From contig CAWANJ010000002.1 of assembly GCA_963783385.1 (NCBI GenBank), positions 32,001 through 96,000 of the forward strand: a DNA stretch of 64,000 bases. The letters run 5' to 3'. The position numbers were made by a program, and so were the translations under genes. This DNA comes from an uncultured Gemmatimonadales bacterium (GTDB lineage Bacteria; Gemmatimonadota; Gemmatimonadetes; Palauibacterales; Palauibacteraceae). Below, in pieces: positions 40,302 through 51,562 of this stretch. A model generated the notes under the pieces. That model was not told the origin of the DNA. It saw only the letters and a program-made list of their open reading frames with translations, and did no database searches. Position 1 is the first letter of the stretch; each line of letters opens with the position of its first letter.

Positions 40302-42455
40302 CACTTCCCTCCCAGTCCGACCTGCCGCATGGCGAACGCCTGCTCCATGGCCTGGTCCTCGATCGAGACGTCGAACGGCCGCCCCCGGCCCGCGGCGTGT
40401 CCCTCGCGGGCACGGAGCCGGTAGATCACCGGGAGGCCCGAGGTGGTGGCGTGCTGGAGCTCCGCCGCGAAGCCGCGGCCCTGCCGCGGCGGGACCCGGG
40501 TGTCGTGGCCGCCCGAGAACACGAACACGGCCGGGTAGCGGGTGCCGTCGGTCACGTGCTCGTAGGGCGAGAACGCCTCCAGCCAGCGGAACTGGACCGG
40601 GTCGGCCGCGTCCCCGTACTCGTGGATGGCGGGCATGTTGTTGCGGTGCGTGAAGGTCACGAAGCGGTCCATGTCGAGGTCGGGGAAGCCGCACAGCACG
40701 GCCCGGAACAGCTCCGGGCCCCTGCGTGACCGCCGCGCCCATGAGGAGCCCGCCGTTGCTCTCGCCGTGGATGGCCAGGGTGGAGGGCTTCCGTGTAGCC
40801 CCGGTCCTCCAGCCAGCGGGCCGCGGCCAGGAAGTCGTCGAACACGTGCTGCTTGTTCTTCAGCATGCCCCCCTCGTGCCACGCCTCCCCGAACTCGCTC
40901 CCACCCCGCAGGTTGGCCAGGGCCCAGATCCCGCCCCGCTCGGCCCACAGGGCCGCCTCGGCGCTGAAGTGCGGGGTGATGGCCACGTCGAAGCCGCCGT
41001 AGCCGGTGAGCATGGTGGGCACGGGCTTCCCGGCCGGGAGGTCCCGCCGGTGCACCAGGAACATCGGCACCCGCGTGCCGTCCTTCGACGCGGTACCACA
41101 CCTGCTCGACCTCGATCCCCGCCGAGTCGAAGGGCACGCGCGAGGGCTCGTACACCGTGCGCTCGCCGGTCTTCGGGTCGAGGACGTAGGTGACGCCGGG
41201 GCTCGTGAACGAGCGCACGGACAGGAACGCCTTCCCGCCCGGGGCCGGCCGGATGCTGGCGCTGGACAGCGGCGGCAGCGGCACTTCGCCCTCCGGCGTC
41301 CCATCCAGTCCGAAGATCCGGATCCGGGCCGACACGTCGTGCAGGTAGGTGGCGTAGATCTTCTTCCCGATGAAGGCGTAGCCGGTGAGCACGTCGCCGG
41401 TCTGGGGCAGGATCTCCCTCCAGCCGTCCGGGCCGGGCCGGGAGGGATCGGCCACCACCAGCCGGTAGCGGGGCGCCAGCCAGTCGGTGAGGATCCACAG
41501 CTTGCCGTCGTGCGGCGCGGATCCGCGCGTGCATCGGGAGCCCGCCGGTCACCGACACGCGGTGGCTACCGTCGGCGTCCTCGATCCACGCCTCGTCCCG
41601 CAGCCACCCCACCGCCTCGGTGACCAGGCGGCGGCCGTCCTCCAGGGTGCGGACGCCCACGAAGCGGTCCGGCCCGGCGTGCGGGTCGTAGACCACGGAG
41701 TCCCCGGCCGGGTCGGTGCCGAGGCGGTGCCGGTACAGCCGCGAGCCCGTCTCCCGGGAGCGCAGCACGTAGGTGATGGCGCGGCCGTCCGGCGCGAAGG
41801 AGGCCTCGTCGTACAGGGCGGGCGGGAAGCGGTCGGGGAGGTCCGTCCCCCGGCCCACGTCGCGCACCCGGAGGGCGGTCTCGTCCGCGCCCCCGTCACG
41901 GAGGTCGTAGAGCACCAGGCGCCCGTCGTGGGACACGTCCCGGAGCTCGACCCGCGTCCACCCGGTCGAGTCGATCGCCAGCGGGTCCACGACCTCCTCG
42001 TACTTCCCGTCCGGGTCGACCGGGACGATCGAGTCCGCCGGCGGGGCGGGGCGGCGGAAGATGCCGGCCACGGGATCGCCCGGCCGGCGAAGGCTGAAGT
42101 ACTCCCACTTCCCGGCGCGGCGCGGACTCCCGATCTGGGGCACGTCCTCCAGCCGCCGGAGCTCGGCCCGCAGCGAGTCGCGCAGCGGCGTCTCGCCGAC
42201 CACCCGCTCGGCGTAGGCGCTCTCGGCCGCGATCCACGTCTTCACCTCCGGGGCGCTCCCGTCGGCCAGCCACAGGTAGGGGTCCGAGAATCGCTGGCCG
42301 TGCACCGTGAAGGTGGCCGTGTCGCGGCGGGTGGCGGGCGGCTGCGGGGCCGATCCCGCCGAGCCGGCGGGCCGGCAGCCCGCCGCGATGCAGGCGAGGG
42401 CCGTCGCGAGGAGGAGGGAGGGGAGGCCGGCGCGACGGCGGGATGCTCTCGGCAT
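40301..42455 (-). CDS. prolyl oligopeptidase family (S9A) lipoprotein; several frameshifts
   Basis: DPYLWL, SKDGTRVPM, GYGGF, NLRGGSEFGEAWH, GESNGG, HDTRV, GH. Confidence 0.9.
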
Positions 42456-42463
42456 GGCGTTCC

Positions 42464-43894
42464 CTACTTCTTCAGGTCGAGGTGATAGAGCCGGATGGCG
42501 TTGTCACGGAGGACCATGCGGGCCAGCTGCTCGGCGCGCGCGCGGTCGATCTCCCCCTCCCGCATCAGCCGCGTGAGCGCCAGCCCCAGGGCGCGGCGGG
42601 CGGTGTGCGAGGCCACCCAGGCGCCCTCCTCCCAGCCCTGGTCGGGGCCGCCCTGGAAGGAGTCGGTGCCGAACAGGACCTTGTCGGGGAAGCGCATCAG
42701 CCAGTGCTCGAGGACGCCGGCCAGCTCGTCCGGGGCCAGCATCTGGTCCATCATCGAGAAGTCCGCGTACACGTTGGGCTTGCTGATCATGGCCTCCGTC
42801 TCGCCCCACGCGGGCCAGCCGCCGTGGAGCATGACGAAGTTCGTGTTCCGGAGGGTGGAGTCGTCGAACACCGGCTCCAGTCGCTCGGGCCGCGCCCCGG
42901 CCGCGTCGTAGTAGCCCCCGAACGTCTCGAGCACGTGCAGGTGCACGGCGAGCCCGAGCCGCCCCGCCTCGTGGGCGATGACCCGGAACAGGTAGTCCTC
43001 CAGCGTCTTGTACTCGGCGTGCGTGGGCGCCCCTCCGCCCACGTACTTCGCGTACACGCGGTGGGCCGCCGCCGGGTCCGGGGCCGCGAAGTCCAGGCTC
43101 CGCAGGTAGGCCGCCTCGAACTTGACCGCCACCGCCCCGGCCTTCTCCTGTCGCTCGAGCGTCGGCACGATGACGCGGACGATGTACTCGTCCAGGGAGC
43201 GGGGCGGGGCGCGGAAGCCCAGATCGTCCAGGTAGCGCCGCAGGAGGGCCGCCTCCCTGGGGTACAGGGAGCGCGTGTCCGGCGTGCGCGCCGCCTCTCG
43301 CCGCGTGTCGAGCGGGAAGAGGAGCGCGTCGTCGAACGGGACCCAGCGGAACCGGATCGCATCGAGCCCCGGACCCATGGCCACCCGGTTGGCGAACATC
43401 ACCTGGATCCCGGCCTGGTCCAGGGCCCAGTCCGGGAAGCCGTTCCCCAGCGCCCGGAGCGCGCTGTCCCGGGCCGCCTCCAGCGCCTTCCTCCCGGCGG
43501 CATCCGTATCGGCGGCCGCGGGTCCGTACAGGGCCGCGGCCGCCCGGGACCACACCGGCGACGCCAGGGTCAGGCGCCACGGGAGGGGGAAGGGCGGGAT
43601 TCCGTCCAAAGGAAGGGCGTCGAACTCGGTGTCGGGCGGGGCGCCGGGCGGGATGGGCCGCATCGGGTGCGCGTGGTTGTCGACCGCGCGGATCCCGGCG
43701 ATGGTGCGGGCCAGGCCCGAGTCCACGGCCATGGCGCCGCGCCCCGGGCCGCCGCGCGACGCTCCGGCACGTGGGCTCGACTGCGCCGCGACCGGGCCGG
43801 CCGAGAGCAGGAGAGCCAGGGCGAGGACGGACGGGGCGGCGACCGGGGCGCGAGGCAGCGCGAACGGACCGGTCCAGGACGGGCTTCGACGCAT
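42464..43894 (-). CDS. exported amidohydrolase family protein
   Basis: VDNHAH, AVKF..AYLRSL, HLH, LHGGWP, LFGTD; signal peptide. Confidence 0.87.
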   Translation of the reverse strand: MRRSPSWTGPFALPRAPVAAPSVLALALLLSAGPVAAQSSPRAGASRGGPGRGAMAVDSGLARTIAGIRAVDNHAHPMRPIPPGAPPDTEFDALPLDGIPPFPLPWRLTLASPVWSRAAAALYGPAAADTDAAGRKALEAARDSALRALGNGFPDWALDQAGIQVMFANRVAMGPGLDAIRFRWVPFDDALLFPLDTRREAARTPDTRSLYPREAALLRRYLDDLGFRAPPRSLDEYIVRVIVPTLERQEKAGAVAVKFEAAYLRSLDFAAPDPAAAHRVYAKYVGGGAPTHAEYKTLEDYLFRVIAHEAGRLGLAVHLHVLETFGGYYDAAGARPERLEPVFDDSTLRNTNFVMLHGGWPAWGETEAMISKPNVYADFSMMDQMLAPDELAGVLEHWLMRFPDKVLFGTDSFQGGPDQGWEEGAWVASHTARRALGLALTRLMREGEIDRARAEQLARMVLRDNAIRLYHLDLKK

Positions 43895-43904
43895 GGGGGC
43901 TTCC

Positions 43905-44735
43905 TCAGCTCATCAGGGTGTCGAGGTGGGCGGCGAGGCTGTCGGGCCCCATCCAGCTGGACTGACAGCCCATGCAGTAGCCCGCCACCTTCCCCTCCGG
44001 GTCGACCAGGACCATCTCCGGCACGCCGGTGACACGATAGCGCACGTCCACGCCGCCCTCGGCCATCACGATCGGGTAGGCGCGGCCGCCGTGCGCCCGC
44101 AGCCAGTCCGCGGCCCGATCGGGCGAGTCCTGGAAGAGGATCCCGAGGATCGAGAACTTCGTGCCCCGCGTGCGCCGCGCGAGGCGGAGGAGGGAGGGGT
44201 ACTCCTCCTGGCAGGGCTCGCACCACGTCCCGAAGATCGAGACCAGGACCCAGCGGCCCCGGTAGTCGCGGAGCTGCACGCTGTCCGAGGTGAGCACCCG
44301 CCCGTCCGGCGCGAGCCGCGGCAGAGTGAAGTCCGGGGCCCGCGTGCCCGAGTCGGGGAAGGCCTTCTCGCGGTGGGGCTCCTCGATCGGACCGTGAGCG
44401 CACAGATAGGTCACCACGCCCCGCTCCAGGGCGCTGTCGGCGCGCTGCTCGAACAGCGCCGCCAGGTGGCCGGCGCGGGCGAAGTCGTGCTCCCCTTCGG
44501 CCCGGTGGATGACCTGGAGCGCGAAGCCCCGGACCAGGGCCTTCTGGGCGGGCGTCGACGCCCGGGACCGAACGGCGTCACTCCCGCACGCGTATTCCAG
44601 CGAAACGCTGCCGTCGGGACTCTCGAGGCGGACCTTTCGGGCGCAGCCGGCCAGCAGGAGGGAGGCGACCAGGACCCCGGCGGCGAGCGCCGCCGGGATC
44701 GATCGCGGGTGGGCGGAGGGGAGCGCTCCGGTCAC
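43905..44735 (-). CDS. TlpA-like thiol-disulfide reductase lipoprotein
   Basis: APDFTL, WCEPC, YRVTGVPE..LVD; lipobox LAGC. Confidence 0.87.
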   Translation of the reverse strand: MTGALPSAHPRSIPAALAAGVLVASLLLAGCARKVRLESPDGSVSLEYACGSDAVRSRASTPAQKALVRGFALQVIHRAEGEHDFARAGHLAALFEQRADSALERGVVTYLCAHGPIEEPHREKAFPDSGTRAPDFTLPRLAPDGRVLTSDSVQLRDYRGRWVLVSIFGTWCEPCQEEYPSLLRLARRTRGTKFSILGILFQDSPDRAADWLRAHGGRAYPIVMAEGGVDVRYRVTGVPEMVLVDPEGKVAGYCMGCQSSWMGPDSLAAHLDTLMS

Positions 44736-44938
44736 GGACCCCGCGAGCCCGCCCCGGCCTTGCGGAGGATGCGTCGTCCGATGACGACGCCGGCGAGGCC
44801 GACCACCATGGCGGCGAGCGACATGAGGTCCATACCGCCGCCCCGCGTGAGGGCCATCACGAAGGAGACAAGCCCCACCAGGAAGACGATGATGCCGAGC
44901 ACGATCGTGAACTTCGGGAGCGTCGAGGAGCTTGCCAT
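44732..44938 (-). CDS. small two-TM membrane protein
   Basis: two hydrophobic helices, GGAGG RBS, GTGA overlap with the next gene. Confidence 0.7.
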   Translation of the reverse strand: MASSSTLPKFTIVLGIIVFLVGLVSFVMALTRGGGMDLMSLAAMVVGLAGVVIGRRILRKAGAGSRGP

Positions 44939-45008
44939 GGTCACTGCCTCCAGCGCGGGTGGAGTGCCGTGCGCGGCCGGCCGCAATCGAGGCCGCCGCG
45001 CGGGTTCA

Positions 45009-45243
45009 TTAGACGCGTACCGAGAGTCCGAACAGAGCCCCCGATCCCAGGACGAAGCCCAGGTCGTACCAGCGTCCCCGGTTCCGGGTCTCGTAAATGC
45101 CGACGGCCGGCCACACGAGGCTGACCAGGAACGCCAGTCCCATGAGGACGCCATGCCAAAGTCCGGCCCAGAATCCAGCCGGGTCCACCAGCGGGTTCTT
45201 CCATCGGGAGCCCGGATCCGGCGAGACCTATCGGGTTCGCCAC
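45009..45243 (-). CDS. small conserved membrane protein absent from the ORF track; frameshift at about 45217
   Basis: GAGGAGG RBS before GTG; PAGFWAGLWHG...GIYETRNRGRWYDLGFVLG. Confidence 0.7.
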
Positions 45244-45340
45244 GATTACACCTCCTCGGCGCGAGGACGACTCCCCTGAAGGTCGGGAATTCCCCGCGTC
45301 CAGCCAAGGGGCACCATCGGGCGCGTAGCCAGGGAGCCAA

Positions 45341-46606
45341 TCAGCGCTCCAGTCGGAAGCGCTCGACGCGCTCGACCCCATCGCGTCCCCTGGCGACTCC
45401 GAGCAGGTAGGCTTCGCCGATCTCCTCCACGTGCAGGCCGGCCGGCGTCTGGATCGACCCGAGCGGTCGGCCGCCCTCGAACACTACCCAGCGCCGGGGG
45501 CCGCTCGCCGTGTCCGGGAGGAGCCGCCGGGCCCACACGTCGCCCAGGCGATCGACGAGGACGCGGTCGAACAGGGGCTGCCGGCGCGGCCGGGACATCG
45601 CGGCGTAGACCCGTCGGAGCCGGGCCGCCTCACGCGCGTCCCCATCTCCGTCCGTCAGCTGTCGGACGGCGTTCGTGAACGCAGAGCGTGGAAGGTCCGG
45701 CAGGCCGCCCAGCACCCGGACGATCCGCAGGAGCCGCCCGTCGACCCTGTAGGTCCGAATCTCGGGAACGTGCGTGAGGACCACGTACACCAGGTCGCCC
45801 GCGACGACCGCCGCCGGTTGCGCCGTGAAAGGCACGGGCGTGAACCCGAATCTGCGGCCCTCCTTCCAAAGATACAGGGAGGCGCCCGGCGCGACGGCTA
45901 CGGTATCCAGGATGCCGGCTCGGGGATCGGCCGTCGCGAATACGACCGAATTCGCGATCTCGCCTTCCTGCGAGTCGGGCCCCGCGCTCGCCGTGCTGCT
46001 CTCCGTGACGATGCGTCCGCCCGAGACGCGCCCCACGGGGCTTCCGATGAACGCGGTGAGGGGGATCGTTCGGACGAACCGACCCTGGCCGTTGAGCACG
46101 CTGAAGCGCCGGGCCTCGGGGTCGAACACTACGATCGTGTCCGCGGACGTGACCGCGAGGAGGGCGGGGAAGCGGAACTCGCCCGGCCCGTCCCCCTCTC
46201 CGCCCACCGAACGCACGAGGCGGCCCGTGCCATCGTAGAAGCGGAGCTCGTGCGTGCCGCCGTTGACCACCAGGATACGGCCGTCGTCGAGCTGCGCCAC
46301 GCCCGTGACGGCGAACAGCAGGTCGGCGGAGTCGCCCTGCGCGGCGCCAATGACCAGGTTCGGCTGAGCGGAGACCTGCCAGCCGGACGGACGCTCGATG
46401 AGCGACCGGGGTGTCGCGACGATGCGGACGCCGTCGCTGTCCCGCTCGGTGACCGTCCCGGGGTGACGCTCGCCCCCGCAGGCCGCCGCGGCCAGCGCCA
46501 GGCCGAAGGCCACCGCGACCGCGACCACGGACGCTCGTGCCGCCGCGGCGACGGGCCGCGACCCGCCCGGGGCGCCCGTGGAGGCGCGCCGGCGCCCGCG
46601 ACTCAC
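45341..46606 (-). CDS. 6-bladed beta-propeller lipoprotein
   Basis: lipobox AAAC, RDSDGVRIV, GGEGDGPGEF, VDRLGDVW. Confidence 0.85.
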   Translation of the reverse strand: MSRGRRRASTGAPGGSRPVAAAARASVVAVAVAFGLALAAAACGGERHPGTVTERDSDGVRIVATPRSLIERPSGWQVSAQPNLVIGAAQGDSADLLFAVTGVAQLDDGRILVVNGGTHELRFYDGTGRLVRSVGGEGDGPGEFRFPALLAVTSADTIVVFDPEARRFSVLNGQGRFVRTIPLTAFIGSPVGRVSGGRIVTESSTASAGPDSQEGEIANSVVFATADPRAGILDTVAVAPGASLYLWKEGRRFGFTPVPFTAQPAAVVAGDLVYVVLTHVPEIRTYRVDGRLLRIVRVLGGLPDLPRSAFTNAVRQLTDGDGDAREAARLRRVYAAMSRPRRQPLFDRVLVDRLGDVWARRLLPDTASGPRRWVVFEGGRPLGSIQTPAGLHVEEIGEAYLLGVARGRDGVERVERFRLER

Positions 46607-46920
46607 GCCTCGGGCAGCGAGTCCCGGTCCTTCCAGCTCCACCACTTCAGGAGCTCGGGATCGTGCTCCTCGTGCGAGGCGAAGTAGACGGCGCAGCGGA
46701 AGGCGTACAGGACGCAGCGGTCCACGCGACACCCGCACCGCTGGCAGTGGCGCTGGTAGAGCTCCTCCGGATCGGCCGTGCCGAGCTCGTCGAGGCCGCG
46801 GATGCCGAGCGCCACCAGGTCCCGGCCGAGGCTGGGACCAATGCCGGGAGCCGCCTGCAACTCCTCCAGGGCACGCTGGCGGTCGTCGAGCACCGTCTCC
46901 CCATTCGCTCGTCCGAGCAT
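46603..46920 (-). CDS. Cdd1-like helix-hairpin-helix protein
   Basis: PGIGPS...DL..LGI, DPEELY, DRCVLY.FRCAVYFA, KWW.WKD. Confidence 0.85.
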   Translation of the reverse strand: MLGRANGETVLDDRQRALEELQAAPGIGPSLGRDLVALGIRGLDELGTADPEELYQRHCQRCGCRVDRCVLYAFRCAVYFASHEEHDPELLKWWSWKDRDSLPEA

Positions 46921-46949
46921 GCGCGTGGTCCTTTCGTGCTCGCGCCCCG

Positions 46950-47459
46950 TCAGGAGCCGGGCTGGTTGAAGTTGAACATGTCGACCATCACCTTCCAGTG
47001 GCCGTCTCGCTTCACCCACACGACCAGGTACTTCCCCTCGGCCTTGCGGGTCCCGCCGCCCTCTGCCGGTAGCTCGAGCGTTCCGTGACCGATGTCGTAG
47101 GCCATGTCGCCGGATGCGGAGACCCGGATCACGTTCGGTCCGAACGTCACGGAGGGCAGGCCCAGCATGGCGGCCCAGCCCTGTCGGATCGCGTCGTGGC
47201 CGACGGCGGCCGCCTCACCGGGACCCATCAGGCGCCCGTCTTCGGCGTACATGTCCACGATTCCGGCCGTGTCGTGGTCGGCGACCATCTGCACCCATCG
47301 CTGGTCCAGGCTCCGGATCGAGTCGGCGGCGGCGGCCAGCCCCGCGCTGTCGGGCAGGGCCATCGCGCCAGCCCCCGCCGTGCCCTGCCGCGGAGGCTGG
47401 CAGCCTCCCAGGGCGAGAAGCAGCACGGGCAGGGCGAGCAGTCCCCCGGGTCGTCGCAT
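46950..47459 (-). CDS. YybH/DUF4440 (NTF2-like) lipoprotein
   Basis: lipobox LGGC, YAEDG, SGDMAYD.G, GKYLVVW. Confidence 0.85.
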   Translation of the reverse strand: MRRPGGLLALPVLLLALGGCQPPRQGTAGAGAMALPDSAGLAAAADSIRSLDQRWVQMVADHDTAGIVDMYAEDGRLMGPGEAAAVGHDAIRQGWAAMLGLPSVTFGPNVIRVSASGDMAYDIGHGTLELPAEGGGTRKAEGKYLVVWVKRDGHWKVMVDMFNFNQPGS

Positions 47460-47574
47460 GTCGTCCTCCGGTTCGGTGTGACGGTCGATCGACATCGCGC
47501 GAGCCCGGTCCCGCGGCAGGACCGGGTGTCCCAATGTCGACTTACTCCCGCCGCCGCGCCATGCCCCCGGCTCT

Positions 47575-50500
47575 TCAGCCGCCCCCGCCCTGGCCGGCGC
47601 GGCGGGCCTTGTCGGGGAAGGGCGGGTGGGCGGGCGGCGTGACGTCTTCGGTCTTCAGGAGCTCCAGGACCTCGCGGACCGCGCGCTCGAGCTGCGGGTC
47701 GCGACCGGCCGCCCAGTCCTTCGCGTCGTAGTAGACGGGGATGTCGGGCGGCACGCCCTGGTTCTCGGCCACCCAGTGGTCGCCCGAGTAGACGGCGCTG
47801 CAGGGCGAGGTGATGTAGCCGCCGTCGACGAGCGGGTAGGGCACGCACGCCGCCACGAGGCCGCCCCAGGTGCGGGCGCCGATGAGCGGGCCGATGTGGT
47901 GCTGGCGGAACGCCCACGGGAAGTAGTCCCCGCCCGAGCCCGCTCGCTCGTTGATGAGGAGGACCTTGGGACCGAGCACGCCCGCCTCCGGCAGTCGGAA
48001 GTCCTTCCCGCCCGCGGCGTCGTTCGTGATGCCCCCGATGAGCTTCCTGCCCATCATGTCGACCATGTAGTCGTCCAGCAGGCCGCCGCCGTTGAAGCGC
48101 TCGTCGATGACCGCGCCGTCCCTGTCCTGCTGGGCGAAGAAGTACCGGTTGAAGGAGACGAAGCCCGGACCGCCCGTGTTCGGAACCCACACGTAGGCCA
48201 GGCGGCCGTGCGACAGCGAGTCGACGGTGCGGCGGTTGTCCTCCACCCAGGTGCGCTGCCGGAGCGCGACCTCGCTCCGCAGGGGCACCACGGTCACCGT
48301 CCAGGAGCCCTCGTCCGAGGGCCGGCTGTTGAGCCGCAGGACCGTCTGCCGGTCCGCCGTGCCGTCCAGCCACTCGTACGGATTGTCCCTCGCCGTGAGC
48401 TCGCGGCCGTTCACGGCCAGGAGGTAGTCGCCCTGCGAGGCCAGGACGCCCGGTGCGGAGAGCGGAGCCTCGAGGTCCGGGTTCCAGCTCTGTGACGTGA
48501 GGATGCGAGTGATCCGCCAGCGGCCGTGCTCGGCCTCGAGGTCGGCGCCGAGGAGACCCGTGCGGACCGTGTCCACGGCCGGGTAGTCGCCGCCGCCGGT
48601 GAAGCTGTGGCCCACGCTGAGCTCGCCTCCGACCTGGTCCAGGATGTAGCGCAGGTCCTCGCGGCTCCTCACCCAGGGCACGAGGGGGGCGTAACGAGCG
48701 TGCACGGCGGGCCAGTCGGCGCCGTGCAGGTTGGGGGCGTAGAAGAAATCGCGCTCGATGCGCCACGCCTCCTGGAAGACCTGTCGCCACTCGGCCGCGG
48801 GCTTCATGTACATGCGCGGCGCCACGTGGATGGCCCCCTCGCCCGGCTTGGGGGGCGCGGCCGTCCCCACAATGTGCCAGCCCTGGCCCTGCTGGAGGAG
48901 GATGTGACCCCCGTCCTCGGAGAGCGCCATGCGGCGCACGCCGGTGGCGAAGCTCTCCTCCTTGCGCTTCTCCATGTCGAAGCGATGGAGCGTGAGCCCG
49001 GGCGCGTCCGCCACCCGCTCGGCCAGGAAGACCGTGCCGGCTTTGCCGGCCGCCAGCGCCTGGTAGCGGCGCACGGGGACGGGAAGAGCGACGATGCGGC
49101 GGGCGATCCCGTCGGGGTCGATCCGCACCTGGACGGCGGAGTCGGCCTTCGCGCCGGCCTCGCCGCCCCTGGAACCGGCTCCGGTCTTCGCCCCACCCTT
49201 CGTGGCCGCGGCCCGCGCCGGACTTCTGCCGACCGTTCACGGCTTCCCCGCCCTCCTCGTCACTGCGCGGCGCGAAGGGGGTCGGGTCCCCCGAGCGGAG
49301 CACCGCCACGTACGCCCCGTACGTGGGCCGCGCCTGCTGGTTGCTCAGGTTGGCCCACCCGCTCGCCAGGCCGAGGTCCGTGCTCGCGAGGAAGTAGAGC
49401 CACCGGCCACCCTTGTCCCAGGCGGGCGAGGCCGCGTCGGCCATGGCGTCGGTGAGCGCGGTGGCCTTCCCCGTCTCCAGCGACCACACCACGATGCGGT
49501 GGAAGTGGTTCGGGTACTCCTTCGCGTAGGCGAGCCACTTCGAGTCGGGGGACCAGGTGAGGTCGAGGCCGCCCCGGTTCATGGATCGTGCCGTCCGTGT
49601 CGGCGGTGACGAGCTTGCCGGACGCGACGTCGAGCACGTGGATGCGGGCGCGCTGGTCCACCCAGGCCATGTGCGTTCCGTCGGGCGACCAGGTGGCCGA
49701 CCAGACGTACTTCGTCTCGTCTCCGAGCGAGATCTCGCGCGGCTTCTCGAGCCCCCTCTGGTCGCCGATCAGGAGGCGGTAGCCGTCCCCGGCGTCGGAG
49801 AACCACGCCACCCGCTCTCCGTCCGGGGACCACATGGGCGAGCGATCGGCGGCGCCGGGCGAGCGGGTGAGGTCGCGGACGTCGCCCTCTTCGGCCGGCA
49901 CGGTGAAGACTGTCGCCTCGCGCCTCGAACAGGGCCCGCTTGCCGGTCGGCGAGAGAGAGGCGGAGGCGATCTCCCGGCTCACGTCCTCCCAGTGAGGCA
50001 TGGCCCACGGGAAGTCGCCGCGCACGGTGATGTCCAGCCGGTGGGCCTTCCCGGTGGACGGGTCCAGGAGCCAGATCCAGCCGTCCTCCTCGAAGGCGAG
50101 GGCGTCCTTCGCCCCGCCGCCCAGCGTCTTCACGTCCGCGTCCGTGAAGTGGGTGACCTGGTCGAGCGCCTTCGTGGACGGGTCGTACGACCACACGTTG
50201 GTCGTGTAGTCGCGGTCGGAGAGGAACCAGATCCGGTCCCCGAGCCACACGGGCCACGTGTCGGTGGTGCGGTCGTTGGGGAGCTTCGTCTCGTCGAGGG
50301 TCTTCCGGTCCAGGATCGTGAGCGGCGTGTTCTGGCCGCCGCGGTAGTTCCGGAACTCCGTGTCCCAGCGGTCCACGCGGTCGACCACCAGCCGCGTGCC
50401 GTCGGGAGAGAAGGAGCCGCGGAAGGCCATGGCCTCGGGGACCTCGCGTGGCGGGCCGCCCGCGGCGCGGCACCAGCCACAGGTGCGCGTAGGGCACGGG

Positions 50501-50938
50501 CGCCGAGCCGCGGTCCGAGGCGTACAGCACCTCCCGGCCGTCCGGCGTCCACCCGCGGGCGTACGAGGGCGACGGGTGCCAGGTCAGCCGCCGGGGCTCC
50601 CCGCCCTCGGAGGAGACGACCCACACCTGCGGGCTCCCCGTGCGATTCGAGGTGAACGCCACCCACTTCCCGTCGGGCGAGAAGTGGGGGTCGGTCTCGA
50701 TCGCCGGGGTCGAGGTGAGGCGTCGCGCCTCGCCCCCGGTCCGGCCGACGACCCACAGGTCCCCGCCGTACTCGAACGCCACCTGCGTGGCGCTGACGGT
50801 GGGCTCGCGCAGGAGCCGCGTGCCGCCCGTGTCCGCCCCCGCCTGGGCGTCCAGGCGCGATGCGGGGGAGAGGAGGGCGGTCAGCGCGACGAAGCAGGCG
50901 GGGACGACGCGAGCGTGACGCACGGCGGACTCGAACAT
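47575..50938 (-). CDS. tricorn protease (S41) with propellers and PDZ domain; several frameshifts
   Basis: LLREP..S, YRGGQ, GELSVGH, DERFNGGG, AGSGGD, RTWGGL, ENQGVPPD, DPQLE. Confidence 0.92.
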
Positions 50939-51039
50939 GGAGGCTCCTGGTTTGCGGTCGGCGGGGTGCCGGCGGCCTCCAAGATCGTGGGCACGGGCCG
51001 GCGGCGCGAGCGCTTCCCACGGACCGGCAGCCGGGCCCC

Positions 51040-51330
51040 GATCCGGGAGCTCGGTCCCGGTCCTGGTTCGGCCCCCCGTTCCCACGCCTCCGAAGGCGGG
51101 GGCCGCCGTGAGCCTGGTGGCGTCTACCTGTACGCGCGGGAGGCGTTCGGTCCGCGCGAGCTGGGCCGCATCCACCCTCGCCCTCCTCGGGAGCTCGAGC
51201 CGTGCGAGCCTCGTGGCGGGGGGCGTGGCGCTCCTGGCCGGGGCGGGGCTGTACCTGTTCCGGAGGACGCCCGCCGCGGACCCGGCGGTCTCGCCCCCCT
51301 CCCAGGCTCGCCTCGCACGCCCCGATTCAG
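51040..51330 (+). pseudogene. collapsed remnant of an APC amino-acid permease gene
   Basis: EPGGVYLYAREAFGP motif, then in another frame a C-terminal-like SLVAGGVALLAGAGLYLFRR. Confidence 0.5.
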
Positions 51331-51551
51331 CTTCCGCCGATCGAGTCGATGCGCGCGTTCCGCGCCCGGGCCGAGTCCTGGATCTCCAGCGCCTTGCGCA
51401 CGCCGCTGGCGCCGGGAATCGGCGTCTCGCCCAGGACGCTGTCGCGCTGACGGGTGGTGAGGGTGTCGGTCGAGGTCTTCCTCGACGCTCGGCCCGAGCC
51501 GTCCGGGAAGGGCGCCTCGCGACCCTCGGGTCTCGTCCGGCCGCAGCGCAT
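51327..51551 (-). pseudogene. C-terminal part of a small protein, N-terminus apparently lost
   Basis: DTLTTRQRDSVLGETPIPGASGVRKAL...DSARAR is protein-like; no signal peptide or RBS. Confidence 0.45.
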
Positions 51552-51562
51552 CTCGAAAACGC

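Noticed and set aside
46603-46920. Cdd1-like gene as a pathogenicity marker
   Set aside because: The name reflects where the family was first found; it is a widespread small helix-hairpin-helix protein and no toxin genes are nearby.
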